A stretch of 64,000 nucleotides of DNA from a bacterium (GTDB lineage: Bacteria > Zhuqueibacterota > Zhuqueibacteria > Oceanimicrobiales > Oceanimicrobiaceae). Positions 21,401-30,431 of the stretch are shown piece after piece. The stretch's first letter is position 1. Each line of letters begins with the position of its first letter. The notes beneath the pieces are model-generated. The model was given only the letters and a program-made list of their open reading frames with translations. It was not told the origin of the DNA and ran no database searches. The stretch spans positions 5,738 through 69,737 of the forward strand of contig JBHHXN010000009.1 in NCBI GenBank assembly GCA_046757025.1, given 5' to 3'. Both the position numbers and the translations under genes were made by a program.

Positions 21401-22610
21401 AATTGGCGAAATTGACATCGACGGTAATGTCGTTGATATTTTTATCATAGAACCAGACACTGTCGGCATTCAAGCTGCCGGCGATTTTGGGGGCCGACAT
21501 GGCTTCTGAAATGGACAAATTTAAGCGGGAAATTCCTGAAAATTGAAATGGCCGTTTGTTCAGAAAGCGCGTCAGGAATTGATCGATATCCAATCTTTGG
21601 GAGGCCAGTCGCAGATCAAAGCGTGGATCTATCAGGTTCATGATTTTGCCGCTCAGGGTGGTTGGGGAACCGTTTACAATTTGCGAAGCGTTTTTGATTT
21701 CCAGATTCCAATCCTTCACTTCGGCATCAATTGTGATGTTATCGATATCGATGCGAGTATTTTTTGAATTGAGTTTTAGCTGCCCGTTGCTTAAACTGAT
21801 GTTCCCTTCGATATTGAACCCACGCGTGGGTGTCAGTCGTTCGGTCACGATTAAATGTCCGTTGACTTTACCATCGAGCACATCGAAATAATCTGGAATT
21901 AGAAAATGGATGGCATTGGTCAATTTGTAATCATGTAAATCGACATTTATGAAGTCCACGCCGCCTCTGTTCAAATCCATCTGACCGTACAGCACCATGT
22001 TATATTCATCCGATTCAAAAATATGGCCGGCTAATCGCAGCCAGACTTTATGATTGTCATCGGTGTAAGCCCATCCGTTGATTTGCTTGGCAATGCGAAT
22101 GTTCTCTTCAGAATTAGAATTGAAAATATCGATCTCGCCTTCGGAAATGGTGATCTTTTTAATGAAGTCATATTCCTTGATAATCGCGCGGTAAAGCTTT
22201 TCCGTTTCCGAAGTCAACTGCAGAGAAAGATCTACATTGGTTTCAGAGTGTTTTTCTGGATTGTATAACAGAGTGAAAAGCGGTCTGTACAGCGTAATTT
22301 CTTCCGCGGTCTTTTCCAATTCCCCTCGGCCTTTGAGCAGGCTTTGCAGACTGTAGCCTAATCTTAATTCTTCCACCAAAACTTCATACGGTGAATTGTG
22401 AAAAGCCAGCTTTACTCTTTTAAGGTTAACTGAACCCAGGCCTAAAGATAATTCCTCAACACTGCATTCTTCTCCGAAGGTTTGCTTCAATTTAGCGATC
22501 AACGCATGCTTGATGCCGGTGTTTATCTTAAGCAGATGCCAACCGTTATATGCGATGAAAGCAAAAAATAACAGTCCGATGGTCGTAGTAATTAAAAACT
22601 TTCGGAACAT
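18492..22610 (-). CDS. TamB/AsmA-like large periplasmic beta-taco protein
   Basis: N-terminal TM anchor, 1372 aa rich in beta strands, TamB-like C-terminus LGKYLTDDIYFLY...LEYRL; adjacent to bamA. Confidence 0.75.
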   Translation of the reverse strand: MFRKFLITTTIGLLFFAFIAYNGWHLLKINTGIKHALIAKLKQTFGEECSVEELSLGLGSVNLKRVKLAFHNSPYEVLVEELRLGYSLQSLLKGRGELEKTAEEITLYRPLFTLLYNPEKHSETNVDLSLQLTSETEKLYRAIIKEYDFIKKITISEGEIDIFNSNSEENIRIAKQINGWAYTDDNHKVWLRLAGHIFESDEYNMVLYGQMDLNRGGVDFINVDLHDYKLTNAIHFLIPDYFDVLDGKVNGHLIVTERLTPTRGFNIEGNISLSNGQLKLNSKNTRIDIDNITIDAEVKDWNLEIKNASQIVNGSPTTLSGKIMNLIDPRFDLRLASQRLDIDQFLTRFLNKRPFQFSGISRLNLSISEAMSAPKIAGSLNADSVWFYDKNINDITVDVNFANSKLNFPLISGNVDSAKFTGLGNIDFNSADKLIDFKLNITGDFTNDLHKIGLSSADSCYGESEIIVLGPLSAPVSRGNFGLTFVRHKAPSLALQGTFIYNQQRLALNAGSDDGEFHLTISADDVFNSPQFSLQATKFEKLFIFVNNPILNFIRKRYSLNLFAENSSSNPFFAIDGYRQDNYENLFHIETDTLSKHSENWVLGDILLYPNSEKNIKGEFELVYSGKEVQLKNLYLGQWLKGNLNISKNNYTPRNGRLAISGLDLSLLFDLLGGEAEKYEGNLYGRINVNDDSGSTQYLGNFWLMDGFIRKVGPYKSELDFVADNNNIIIKKLSVDRAESANILAEGHYDFESKKIKGTVAGTNLDVSQIVKILTGSEGHVRGKAMVQISFDGILPEVPIFGDIQIHNAGILMFDFDEIIWDFGTSNQPNGSFFSRNVLNIGHTVFTRDGAFRMEGSGQLPLRNQPLLNVEMSGDGNFLVLLSDMQKFFEETRSNGHLDLRLSGHYKTPNFSGSKLTLNNGALKLTSVINRVENLAADLEVLPDDYLLHIKTLKGTIKGESVSITNTNVMEGLNHGVYEPLRIGGNDLNLGALIIQTSRRGIPLNIPGLMETGEIGWYSFSGRSPGEQFFIAGPWLRPNIRGEIRVQDANLMFPFDEGANDGNEIVLNILNNINWDVRALSSKDTRYVKEFTTGIYVNMDIDNDNSWLEFNGILKDSTFKIAGKVQSTRGEFEYIDLNFRVEKFGAEFNQTSLFPIVSGKAWTVVRDSANVPSDVYLTLYSVDDVTNQEVKKGRWDRLNIKLSSEFPGYNETQGEIMAALGYSSETVDEKAKKAVGYSTDKLIFRPLMRPLERELERKLGLDVVRFSYAITRNFLDANFNNEELSSSLALLRSSRLVLGKYLTDDIYFLYSGELKAGIDYQFQDKGVGLQHILGLEYRLNSGLLLQMEYDYNSLLETRKDDKKIWLRHSFPF

Positions 22611-22613
22611 AGT

Positions 22614-23393
22614 TTAAACAGATTGTAAAACAGATTCGTGTTTTTGTAATTGATCACTAACCAGCCCGAATCGCCGCTCTCTTTTTTGATAGGCTCTAAT
22701 GGCTTTAAAAAATTCCAATCTTCTAAAATCGGGCCAAAAAACATCGGTGACGTAAATTTCTGTGTAGGCTAATTGCCACAATAAAAAATTGCTCACTCGC
22801 AGCTCGCCGCTGGTTCTGATGAGCAGATCCGGATCGGGAATCGAAACTGTATAAAGGTGTTGCGAAATCGTTTTTTCGTCTATTTCTTGCGGTTGAATTT
22901 CACCCGTTTGTACTTTAGTGGCGATGCTTTTCACTGCCTCGGTAATTTCTTTACGACTGCTGTAACTGAGCGCTAAATTCAAGGTTAAACCGGTATTGTT
23001 TTTTAATGATTCGATGGCGCTTTGCATACCTTTTCTTGCGGGTAAAGGTAGATCCGCGAGTTTACCGATAGTCATCAATCGAACGTTATTTTTTTTAAGT
23101 TCTTCTACTTCTGAGCGTATGGTTTTAAGAAGTAAGCGCATAAGCGCGGTTACTTCACCACGCGGTCGCTTCCAGTTTTCTGTTGAAAAAGTATATAAAG
23201 TTAAATACTTGATATTTAATTCACCGCTTGCTTTAACGATTTCACGTACGGAGTTTATTCCTTCATGGTGGCCGGCTACACGTGACAGCGCCTGTTTGCG
23301 AGCCCATCTGCCATTACCATCCATGATAATCGCGATGTGCTCCGGTAAATTGCCGCACTCAATAATTTGTTGTTTTAAATATTCTTCGTCCAT
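22614..23393 (-). CDS. uppS: Undecaprenyl diphosphate synthase
   Basis: HIAIIMDGNGRWA, FSTENWKRP, DLLIRTSGE.R.SNFLLWQ, RERRFG. Confidence 0.98.
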   Translation of the reverse strand: MDEEYLKQQIIECGNLPEHIAIIMDGNGRWARKQALSRVAGHHEGINSVREIVKASGELNIKYLTLYTFSTENWKRPRGEVTALMRLLLKTIRSEVEELKKNNVRLMTIGKLADLPLPARKGMQSAIESLKNNTGLTLNLALSYSSRKEITEAVKSIATKVQTGEIQPQEIDEKTISQHLYTVSIPDPDLLIRTSGELRVSNFLLWQLAYTEIYVTDVFWPDFRRLEFFKAIRAYQKRERRFGLVSDQLQKHESVLQSV

Positions 23394-23762
23394 GATGTAT
23401 CACCTTAATTTTGTTTATAGAAGAACTTTTAAATTAACTGAAAAATACATGAAAGTCAAGCTTAAATCTTGCATCACAAGAATTTATCGCAATAAATATT
23501 TCACAGATTAATCGTAAAATGGTTCCGTGATTCAAAAATTTCTTTCTGGTTCATTTTGTTTTACTGAAATCGCTTGTTGAAGCTCAGCAGAATGAACCTT
23601 TGTCTATAAAGACAGTTAAATAGCATTGTCGTTTCATAACATGAAAGCATTGCTTCTGAATTATAGTTTATAAATCCAGCATAATGACGATAAATTCTTG
23701 TTAAAAAAGAGAACTTTTTAGGTTCAATAATCGAATCAGAACCTTTTAAAACCGATTTCTGC

Positions 23763-23791
23763 TTGACAAATCTTTAAAAAATATTTACAAT
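23763..23791 (+). promoter_or_regulatory. Sigma70-type promoter for the OmpA-family gene
   Basis: TTGACA-17 nt-TACAAT. Confidence 0.65.
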
Positions 23792-23845
23792 TAAGTGAAT
23801 TTTATAATTTTCAATGCCGGGTTAAAAATCAAAGAATCGAGGTGC

Positions 23846-25327
23846 ATGATGAATAAAATTAAAAATTTGGCGGTACTTACCTTGACATTGGTTTCATTCT
23901 GGCAGTCCTTGCCCCCTAGTGATCTACTAGCACAAAACGAAGAAATTAAGCAGACCCTTTTTAATGAGACCGATAAAATGTTGGTGCAGGCAAAATCGGA
24001 GCAAGCTAACATTCTATCTCCCAACAATTTCAAAAACGCCATGAATAAGTATAATGAGGCGTTGGAAGATTTTAATAAAGGCAAACCGCTTAAGAAAATT
24101 GAGAAAAAGTTAGCTGACGTTCAGGTTAAGCTTGGTCAGTGTCTGGAAGTGACGAAATTAGGTCTGGTGACTTTTCAAACTACCTTAAAAGCCCGTGAGG
24201 ATGCTTTGAAGGCAAACGCTCCCGAATTTGCTCAGGTGCCCTACGAAAAGGCCGAGAGTGAGTTTTTGTCCGCTACAAAAAAGTTAGAAAGAGGGGACGT
24301 GAAAAATGCCAAGAAAAAAGTGCCGGAATTGAACAACCTTTATCGAAATGCGGAATTAATGGCGATTAAAGTGAGCATCATCGGTACCGTGCGCAATTTA
24401 ATGGAAGAAGCCGATAAAGAAGAGGCCATCAAATACACTCCCATAACTTATGCGAATGCCCGAAAGTATCTGAACCAGGCGGAGGCTATTTTAAACAGCA
24501 ATCGCCGTTCCGAGAGCAGTGCCAAAGAAAAGGCCGAGCTGGCTGAGATTGAAACGAAACACGCAATTTATCTCACCAGAGAAATCAAACGCTTAAAAAA
24601 GAATCCCGCGGAATGGGAAAATTTCATTATCAGCCGGGAAATATTGATTGAAAATATCGCCAAGGAATTGGGATTCAGGCCCCATTTCGATGAAGGCATG
24701 GACAAACCCCTGAAGCAAATTTATAAAATCGGCCAGAATTTGCAGCAAGAAAAGAAATCGTTGATAGCAGAAAATGAGGAAAAGTCTGCTGAAATTCAAC
24801 GGCTGCAAGTTGAGCTGCAAAAGTACAAAGAAAAAGAGCAGGGGTTGCAAGCAGAACTGCAAGAAAAGCAATATAAGCTGGAAATGAAACGACAAAGAGA
24901 AGAGAAAATTAAATCGTTGGAAACCATGTTTGCTCCTGGTGAAGCGATTGTACTGCGGCAGGGAAACAACATCATTCTTCGATTAATCGGGTTGACTTTT
25001 CCCTCAGGCAAATCGACTATCGAGCCCGAAGTGTTTAGTTTATTGACGACTGTGCAGCGCGCCATTCGTAAATTTCCCAATTCGAGCATTACCATCGAAG
25101 GGCACACGGATTCGGTGGGCGATGATCGGTTTAACGAAAATTTGTCTTACGAAAGAGCGTTGGCGGTTAAACAATATATCCTGGCTAATATGGGAATGGA
25201 CGAGAGTCATGTCACGGCGATTGGTTACGGTGAAACCCGACCCATTGCCAGCAACGATACCAACCAGGGCCGGGCTCAAAACCGAAGAATTGATATCGTG
25301 CTCTCTTTTGGAGAATCCGCCCTTTAG
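23846..25327 (+). CDS. OmpA-family peptidoglycan-binding protein with a long helical/coiled-coil N-terminus
   Basis: Signal peptide; IEGHTDSVG, NENLSYERA, GYGETRP, NRRIDI; GAGGTG SD. Confidence 0.9.
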   Translation: MMNKIKNLAVLTLTLVSFWQSLPPSDLLAQNEEIKQTLFNETDKMLVQAKSEQANILSPNNFKNAMNKYNEALEDFNKGKPLKKIEKKLADVQVKLGQCLEVTKLGLVTFQTTLKAREDALKANAPEFAQVPYEKAESEFLSATKKLERGDVKNAKKKVPELNNLYRNAELMAIKVSIIGTVRNLMEEADKEEAIKYTPITYANARKYLNQAEAILNSNRRSESSAKEKAELAEIETKHAIYLTREIKRLKKNPAEWENFIISREILIENIAKELGFRPHFDEGMDKPLKQIYKIGQNLQQEKKSLIAENEEKSAEIQRLQVELQKYKEKEQGLQAELQEKQYKLEMKRQREEKIKSLETMFAPGEAIVLRQGNNIILRLIGLTFPSGKSTIEPEVFSLLTTVQRAIRKFPNSSITIEGHTDSVGDDRFNENLSYERALAVKQYILANMGMDESHVTAIGYGETRPIASNDTNQGRAQNRRIDIVLSFGESAL

Positions 25328-25703
25328 AGTGGAATTCGTTGTGATGACCCATCCTGAATTGCGAATTAGAAATGTTGGTAGTTGCCGTTATCTTTATTTG
25401 TAAACAAACAAATGTCGAATGAATGAAAAAATCTATTGATTTTATCGGTTAAAATTCTTAAATAATAGTGTCTGGTCGAAAACGGTCCCTCTTTTACCCG
25501 AACACTTTTAGGCCGAGGGTGAATTCCTGCTTAACTCGGCGGGGCCTGTACTGAGCTTTGTCGAAAGGCGCCTTCGCATGAGAGATTTGTTATCGCTCAT
25601 TTTCGAATTTTCGTTCAAACACTCAAAAAAAAGAATCAGGAACAAAATTTTCATTAAAAGGTAACATACAGAAATTGTGTAAATCGTTGCCGAGGTGTAC
25701 AAA

Positions 25704-26207
25704 ATGTATAAAAAAATTATTGTCTGCTTCGCGTTACTCGCGATGATGGTTTCAGCTCAAGCCTTTGCTCAGTTAAAAAAAGACACCAAAATTAATATGT
25801 CGCAGGCATTGACACAGCCCACAAAAGTACAAACGATTATTGGCTTGATCGGGCTGGACCCCAATAAATTTTCCATGAGTCACAGCTATTCGCTCATGTT
25901 TACTTCATTTGGAGGACAAAGTTATAATCAAGGGCTTTATCTGAACACCATGAAATACCAGCTTTCAAATCCCATTTCCATGTATTTACAATTTGGATTT
26001 GCGCATCAGCCGCTGGGCAATTGGGGCCAAAACAGTTTGCAGCAAAATCAATTCTTCATTTCCGGCGCTGGCCTTGAATATAAACCGTCTGATAAATTCA
26101 AAATGCAAATCGAATTCAGTCAATACCCGCGTTCCAATTATTCTTCCTACAATAATCGTTTGTATCACCGCACTGACTGGTTCAAAAAAGAAGAAAAAGA
26201 AAATTAA
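25704..26207 (+). CDS. Secreted hypothetical protein
   Basis: GAGGTG SD, signal peptide ending AFA, beta-rich mature part, terminator downstream. Confidence 0.7.
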   Translation: MYKKIIVCFALLAMMVSAQAFAQLKKDTKINMSQALTQPTKVQTIIGLIGLDPNKFSMSHSYSLMFTSFGGQSYNQGLYLNTMKYQLSNPISMYLQFGFAHQPLGNWGQNSLQQNQFFISGAGLEYKPSDKFKMQIEFSQYPRSNYSSYNNRLYHRTDWFKKEEKEN

Positions 26208-26242
26208 GCATAACGCGTGTAGAATTTTGTAGAACAAAAATT

Positions 26243-26276
26243 ATGACCGAGGTTTGAATTCATCTCGGTCATTTTT
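26243..26276 (+). terminator. Intrinsic terminator-like hairpin
   Basis: atgaccgag...ctcggtcat plus T-run. Confidence 0.55.
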
Positions 26277-26288
26277 ATAAGGAGGCGG

Positions 26289-26846
26289 ATGGCAAAAAGA
26301 AGACGCAAATTGCGTCAGGATACATGGCGAGGCGCGAAACCCAAACCTAGAACTTCACGTAGAAGAACCAAAGACAAAAGCCTGAAAGAACGCTCCTTGA
26401 CTGCCGGAATCTGGGCCATGGGGTTGATCAACTTGGTTTTAATCGCTTCTCATTTTTCAAATTATTTTATTTCTTCGGAAGATAAACCCACCTCAATCAA
26501 TAATTCCGAAACACCTCAAAAAGTCGAAACCATTAGTGCGGAAGTGCTAAACGCCTGTGGGGTTCAAGGGTTAGCAAATGAATTCACTCAATATTTAAGG
26601 GACAATCATATCGATGTGGTTTATGTGGGCAACTCACCCGGCGGTTTTAATTTAGATCGGACGATAATTTTTGATCGCATGTTTTTTGATTGCCGAAACG
26701 CATCCACGGTGGGCAAACTTTTAGGGGTGGAAAAAAAGAACATCATTCCTCAAATGGACAATTCTTCACAACTGATGGTGACCATATTGATCGGAAAAGA
26801 TTACAAGAACCTCAAAGTTTACGATTTCATTCACCGGTCAAATTAG
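26289..26846 (+). CDS. Membrane-anchored LytR C-terminal (LytR_C) domain protein
   Basis: AGGAGG SD; basic N-terminus, TM helix, EVLNACGVQGLA, VTILIGKDY. Confidence 0.82.
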   Translation: MAKRRRKLRQDTWRGAKPKPRTSRRRTKDKSLKERSLTAGIWAMGLINLVLIASHFSNYFISSEDKPTSINNSETPQKVETISAEVLNACGVQGLANEFTQYLRDNHIDVVYVGNSPGGFNLDRTIIFDRMFFDCRNASTVGKLLGVEKKNIIPQMDNSSQLMVTILIGKDYKNLKVYDFIHRSN

Positions 26847-27064
26847 TTGAATTGTTCAATTTTCTAAATCAGATTCATTCGAAGGTCGCTTCTGCTCCTT
26901 TCCATTTTGAGAATCTCCGGAATTCACAGGTTCGAATAATGAGTAGAAATCGGCTCTTTTTCCTCCTTGATTCTGTGCGATCAATTCCTTAATTTGCCTT
27001 TTCACAATCTCGAATTGTCCTGATAATTCAGATACTTTTTTCGAAATGATAAAGGGAGTGAGCT

Positions 27065-28102
27065 ATGCCGGTTACGACGATTGAATGGGCCGAAAACAAA
27101 GTCCGCATGATCGATCAAACAAGGTTGCCCCAAGACTTGATTTATTTAGAAATCGACGACGTAGAAGTGTTGGCAGAGGCCATAAAGTCTCTGCGCGTGC
27201 GGGGCGCGCCGGCCATCGGCATCGCCGGGGCTCTGGGAGTGGTTCTGGGTGTGCGGGCTTTCTCTGGTGAAGACAAAAGGAATTTTTTTACTGCACTGCA
27301 CCGAACGGCCGACTACCTAAAAAAAACCCGGCCGACAGCAGTAAATTTGTCCTGGGCGATTGCGCGCATGATCAAAGTGGGCGAAGAAAATCAGCATCTC
27401 ACGGTGCCGCAAATCAAAGACCGCCTGTTAAAAGAAGCGCTGTCCATCTGGCAGGAGGATCGAGAGATTTGCCGGCGTTTGGGCAAAAACGGCGCTACGC
27501 TGATACATGATGGCTTCAACATTTTAACGCATTGCAACACCGGAGCGCTGGCCACCGCCGATTTCGGCACCGCTCTGGGAGCGGTTTTTACCGCCCACGC
27601 CGAAGGGAAGTCTGTGCACGTATTTGCGGATGAAACCCGGCCGTTGTTACAGGGCGCGCGTCTAAATGTTTGGGAGCTCATGCATGAAGGCATCGATGTG
27701 ACTTTGATTACCGACAGCACCGCGGCGTTTGTCATGCAGCAAAACAAAATCGACTGCGTGATTTTGGGGGCGGACCGCATCGCTAGCAACGGCGACACGG
27801 CGAATAAAATCGGAACCTACAGCGTAGCGGTTTCTGCAGAAAAACACGGCGTCCCTTTTTATGTGGCCGCGCCCTATTCAACCATCGATTTCGATATTGA
27901 AAACGGCTCCCAAATTCCCATCGAAGAGAGAGCTGCAGAGGAAATCACCGAAGGATTTGGCCGCAGAACCGCACCCCCAAACACCAAAGTTTACAGTCCG
28001 GCGTTTGACATCACCCCGCACGAAATGATCACCGCGATAATCACCGAAGAAGGTGTGATTCGCCCGCCATTCGATACTAATTTAAAAAAGCATGCAAAAT
28101 GA
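27065..28102 (+). CDS. mtnA: S-methyl-5-thioribose-1-phosphate isomerase
   Basis: IDQTRLP, VRGAPAIG, RPTAVNL, THCNTGALAT, DETRP, NKIGTY. Confidence 0.96.
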   Translation: MPVTTIEWAENKVRMIDQTRLPQDLIYLEIDDVEVLAEAIKSLRVRGAPAIGIAGALGVVLGVRAFSGEDKRNFFTALHRTADYLKKTRPTAVNLSWAIARMIKVGEENQHLTVPQIKDRLLKEALSIWQEDREICRRLGKNGATLIHDGFNILTHCNTGALATADFGTALGAVFTAHAEGKSVHVFADETRPLLQGARLNVWELMHEGIDVTLITDSTAAFVMQQNKIDCVILGADRIASNGDTANKIGTYSVAVSAEKHGVPFYVAAPYSTIDFDIENGSQIPIEERAAEEITEGFGRRTAPPNTKVYSPAFDITPHEMITAIITEEGVIRPPFDTNLKKHAK

Positions 28103-29232
28103 AGCCTCTTCCATCGAAATCAAAAATCAAATGTTTTACCGTTGTTTTCAGTCTCGTACTCATTTGGGCCGGCGTAATGGGCTGCCAGCCAAAAGAACTG
28201 ACTTCGGCGAAAATTTATTTAAAAAATAACGAATGGCCCAATGCCCTGGAACAACTGCAAGCGGCTGTGGAAAACTATCCCGACAATCCGGAAGCTCATT
28301 TTTTGTTGGGTATAACTTACGGCCATTATCAGCGCTTTGCTGATATGGTCAAGCAATTTCAATTGTCGCTTGCGATTTCTGACAAGTTCTTGCACGAAAT
28401 TATCGCTGAAAGGGAACGGTACTGGATCGAAAAATACAACGCTGGCATCATCGCGCTGGAAAGAAAAGATTATGATCAGGCGGAAGCTTTGTTAACCGAT
28501 GCCATGGTCATCGACAGCACTAAACACGAAGCCCACAAAAAGCTCGCATTAATTTTTCTTCAAACCAATCAAACTGATAAAGCGCTTACGGTTTACAAAC
28601 TGTTGCTGCAAAAGTCGCCCAAAGATTTGAATTTGTTGATTTCCATGGGAAATTTGTACTACAGCCAGAATAAATATCCCGAAGCCATCATCATCCTGGA
28701 AAAAGTATTGACCCTGGAGCCCGATCACCGCGACGCTTTAGCCAATTTAGCTTTGTCGTATGATGCGCTGGGGGAATCCGAAAAATCTGAGAAAGTATAT
28801 CAAAGAGCCGTTGCCGCCAACCCGCTGGATAGAGATTTGATTTTTATTTATGGTGTCCATCTATTCAAGAAAAATCAGTTTTCACGAGCCATCGAGCTCT
28901 TTGAAAGGGTACTCGAGCTCAATTCCGATGATTTTAGCGCGATTTCAAATATCGGCAACGCTTATTTGGGTCTGGCAGAAAATTTACGAAAAAAGTTAAA
29001 GCAACCGGCGGTACAATCGAAAAGCCCCGCAGAAATACGAAATATAAAAGATCAGGCCATTTTAAATTATTCTCGCGCTATCCCTTATCTTGAAAAAGTG
29101 TTGGAGCTACGACCCGATTCACCGAACCTGTGGCGCAATCTCGGTGTGGCTTACATCAATATCGGTGAAAAGGAAAAGGGCGAGGAAGCCTTAATTAAAT
29201 CTGAACAGTTGCTTATTCATTCTTCCAATTGA
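28099..29232 (+). CDS. TPR-repeat lipoprotein
   Basis: Lipobox VMGC and multiple TPR motifs; overlaps the mtnA stop (ATGA). Confidence 0.85.
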   Translation: MKPLPSKSKIKCFTVVFSLVLIWAGVMGCQPKELTSAKIYLKNNEWPNALEQLQAAVENYPDNPEAHFLLGITYGHYQRFADMVKQFQLSLAISDKFLHEIIAERERYWIEKYNAGIIALERKDYDQAEALLTDAMVIDSTKHEAHKKLALIFLQTNQTDKALTVYKLLLQKSPKDLNLLISMGNLYYSQNKYPEAIIILEKVLTLEPDHRDALANLALSYDALGESEKSEKVYQRAVAANPLDRDLIFIYGVHLFKKNQFSRAIELFERVLELNSDDFSAISNIGNAYLGLAENLRKKLKQPAVQSKSPAEIRNIKDQAILNYSRAIPYLEKVLELRPDSPNLWRNLGVAYINIGEKEKGEEALIKSEQLLIHSSN

Positions 29233-29386
29233 TCGTTTGGAGTCCATTCAAGAAATCAAGCGGTCTCTTACTATCGATATTTATTTTGAATCCGGCAATT
29301 TTTTTGGGAAAAAGGTTCCATTATCGAATTGACAAATGGTCGTGACTTTTTATGAAAAACAACCCGTGTAATCTAAAAGTGAAATT

Positions 29387-30070
29387 ATGGGTGAAATGAA
29401 ATCGAACCTCATTCAGGTGGCGGGAGTACAGGATGCGGCGGAAGCTGAAATGCTGCTTGCGACTGGGGTGGACTGGCTTGGTTTCCCATTTCGGCTCGCG
29501 CATCACCAGGAAGATTTGACGGAAGCGGACGCGGCTGAAATAATACGACTTTTCCATCTTAAAGATCGTGCTGTGGTGATTACCTATCTAAACAGTGCCG
29601 ATGAAATTGTTCAGCTCTGCCAGAAATTAGGTCTGTCCAAAGTGCAGCTTCACGGAAAAATCGCACGCCAGGAACTTGAGAAACTGAGAAAATTCTATTC
29701 CGAGCTATTTTTGATCAAGAGCCTCATCGTCGGGGGAGAAGAGCCGGTATTCTCGTTGATCGGGGAGTTTACGCTTTTGGTGGACGCCTTTATCACGGAC
29801 ACTTTTGATGCGGGCACCGGTGCCTGTGGGGCCACGGGTAGAGTTCACGACTGGCAAATCAGCCGAAAAATAGTTGTACAATCGCCGCGCCCGGTCATTC
29901 TTGCCGGCGGGCTGAATCCGCAAAACGTCGGCCGGGCGATTCAGCAGGTTCAACCCGCCGGTGTGGACGCTCACACAGGTTTGGAAGATGGCGCTGGCCG
30001 TAAGGATCCGGTGCTGGTCAAGGCTTTTGTGACAGAGGCGCGTGCTGCGTTCGCTGCGTTTGACGTATAA
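29387..30070 (+). CDS. trpF: Phosphoribosylanthranilate isomerase
   Basis: VQLHG, GATGRVHDW, ILAGGLNPQNV, GVDAHTGLE, KDP. Confidence 0.85.
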   Translation: MGEMKSNLIQVAGVQDAAEAEMLLATGVDWLGFPFRLAHHQEDLTEADAAEIIRLFHLKDRAVVITYLNSADEIVQLCQKLGLSKVQLHGKIARQELEKLRKFYSELFLIKSLIVGGEEPVFSLIGEFTLLVDAFITDTFDAGTGACGATGRVHDWQISRKIVVQSPRPVILAGGLNPQNVGRAIQQVQPAGVDAHTGLEDGAGRKDPVLVKAFVTEARAAFAAFDV

Positions 30071-30431
30071 CATACCTGCTATTTGGCAGGCGCCAATTTT
30101 TTTGTCACATCGATGAATTTGCTTGTTTTTTAATTTGTTTTTGCTTATACTACGTTCTACGTTTTTGCTGAAGTACACAGTGTTCTTTTACATGACGCTT
30201 TTATCCAATCAAATCTTGTCTTACATGAGCGAAGTGATTAAGTCATTTTACTAAATTCTTCGCACCTCAAAATTGTTCGTGCTCCGCTCGTCTGATTTAT
30301 GTGATATTCAAAAAAAGCTGGATACGGAAGCGAATAAGTGCCCAAAAAACCGAATCGCGAGCACTTGACCCTTCACTGTTTTAATTTAGTCGATTCAATT
30401 AAATTACCTTTTAAGCAAGGAGACCGAAGCC

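Noticed and set aside
26855-27030. Stop-free minus-strand frame of about 56 codons between the LytR_C gene and mtnA
   Set aside because: No RBS or convincing start and no recognisable motif
29387-30070. Orphan trpF outside a trp operon as a novelty
   Set aside because: Stand-alone TrpF paralogues are common; no supporting context
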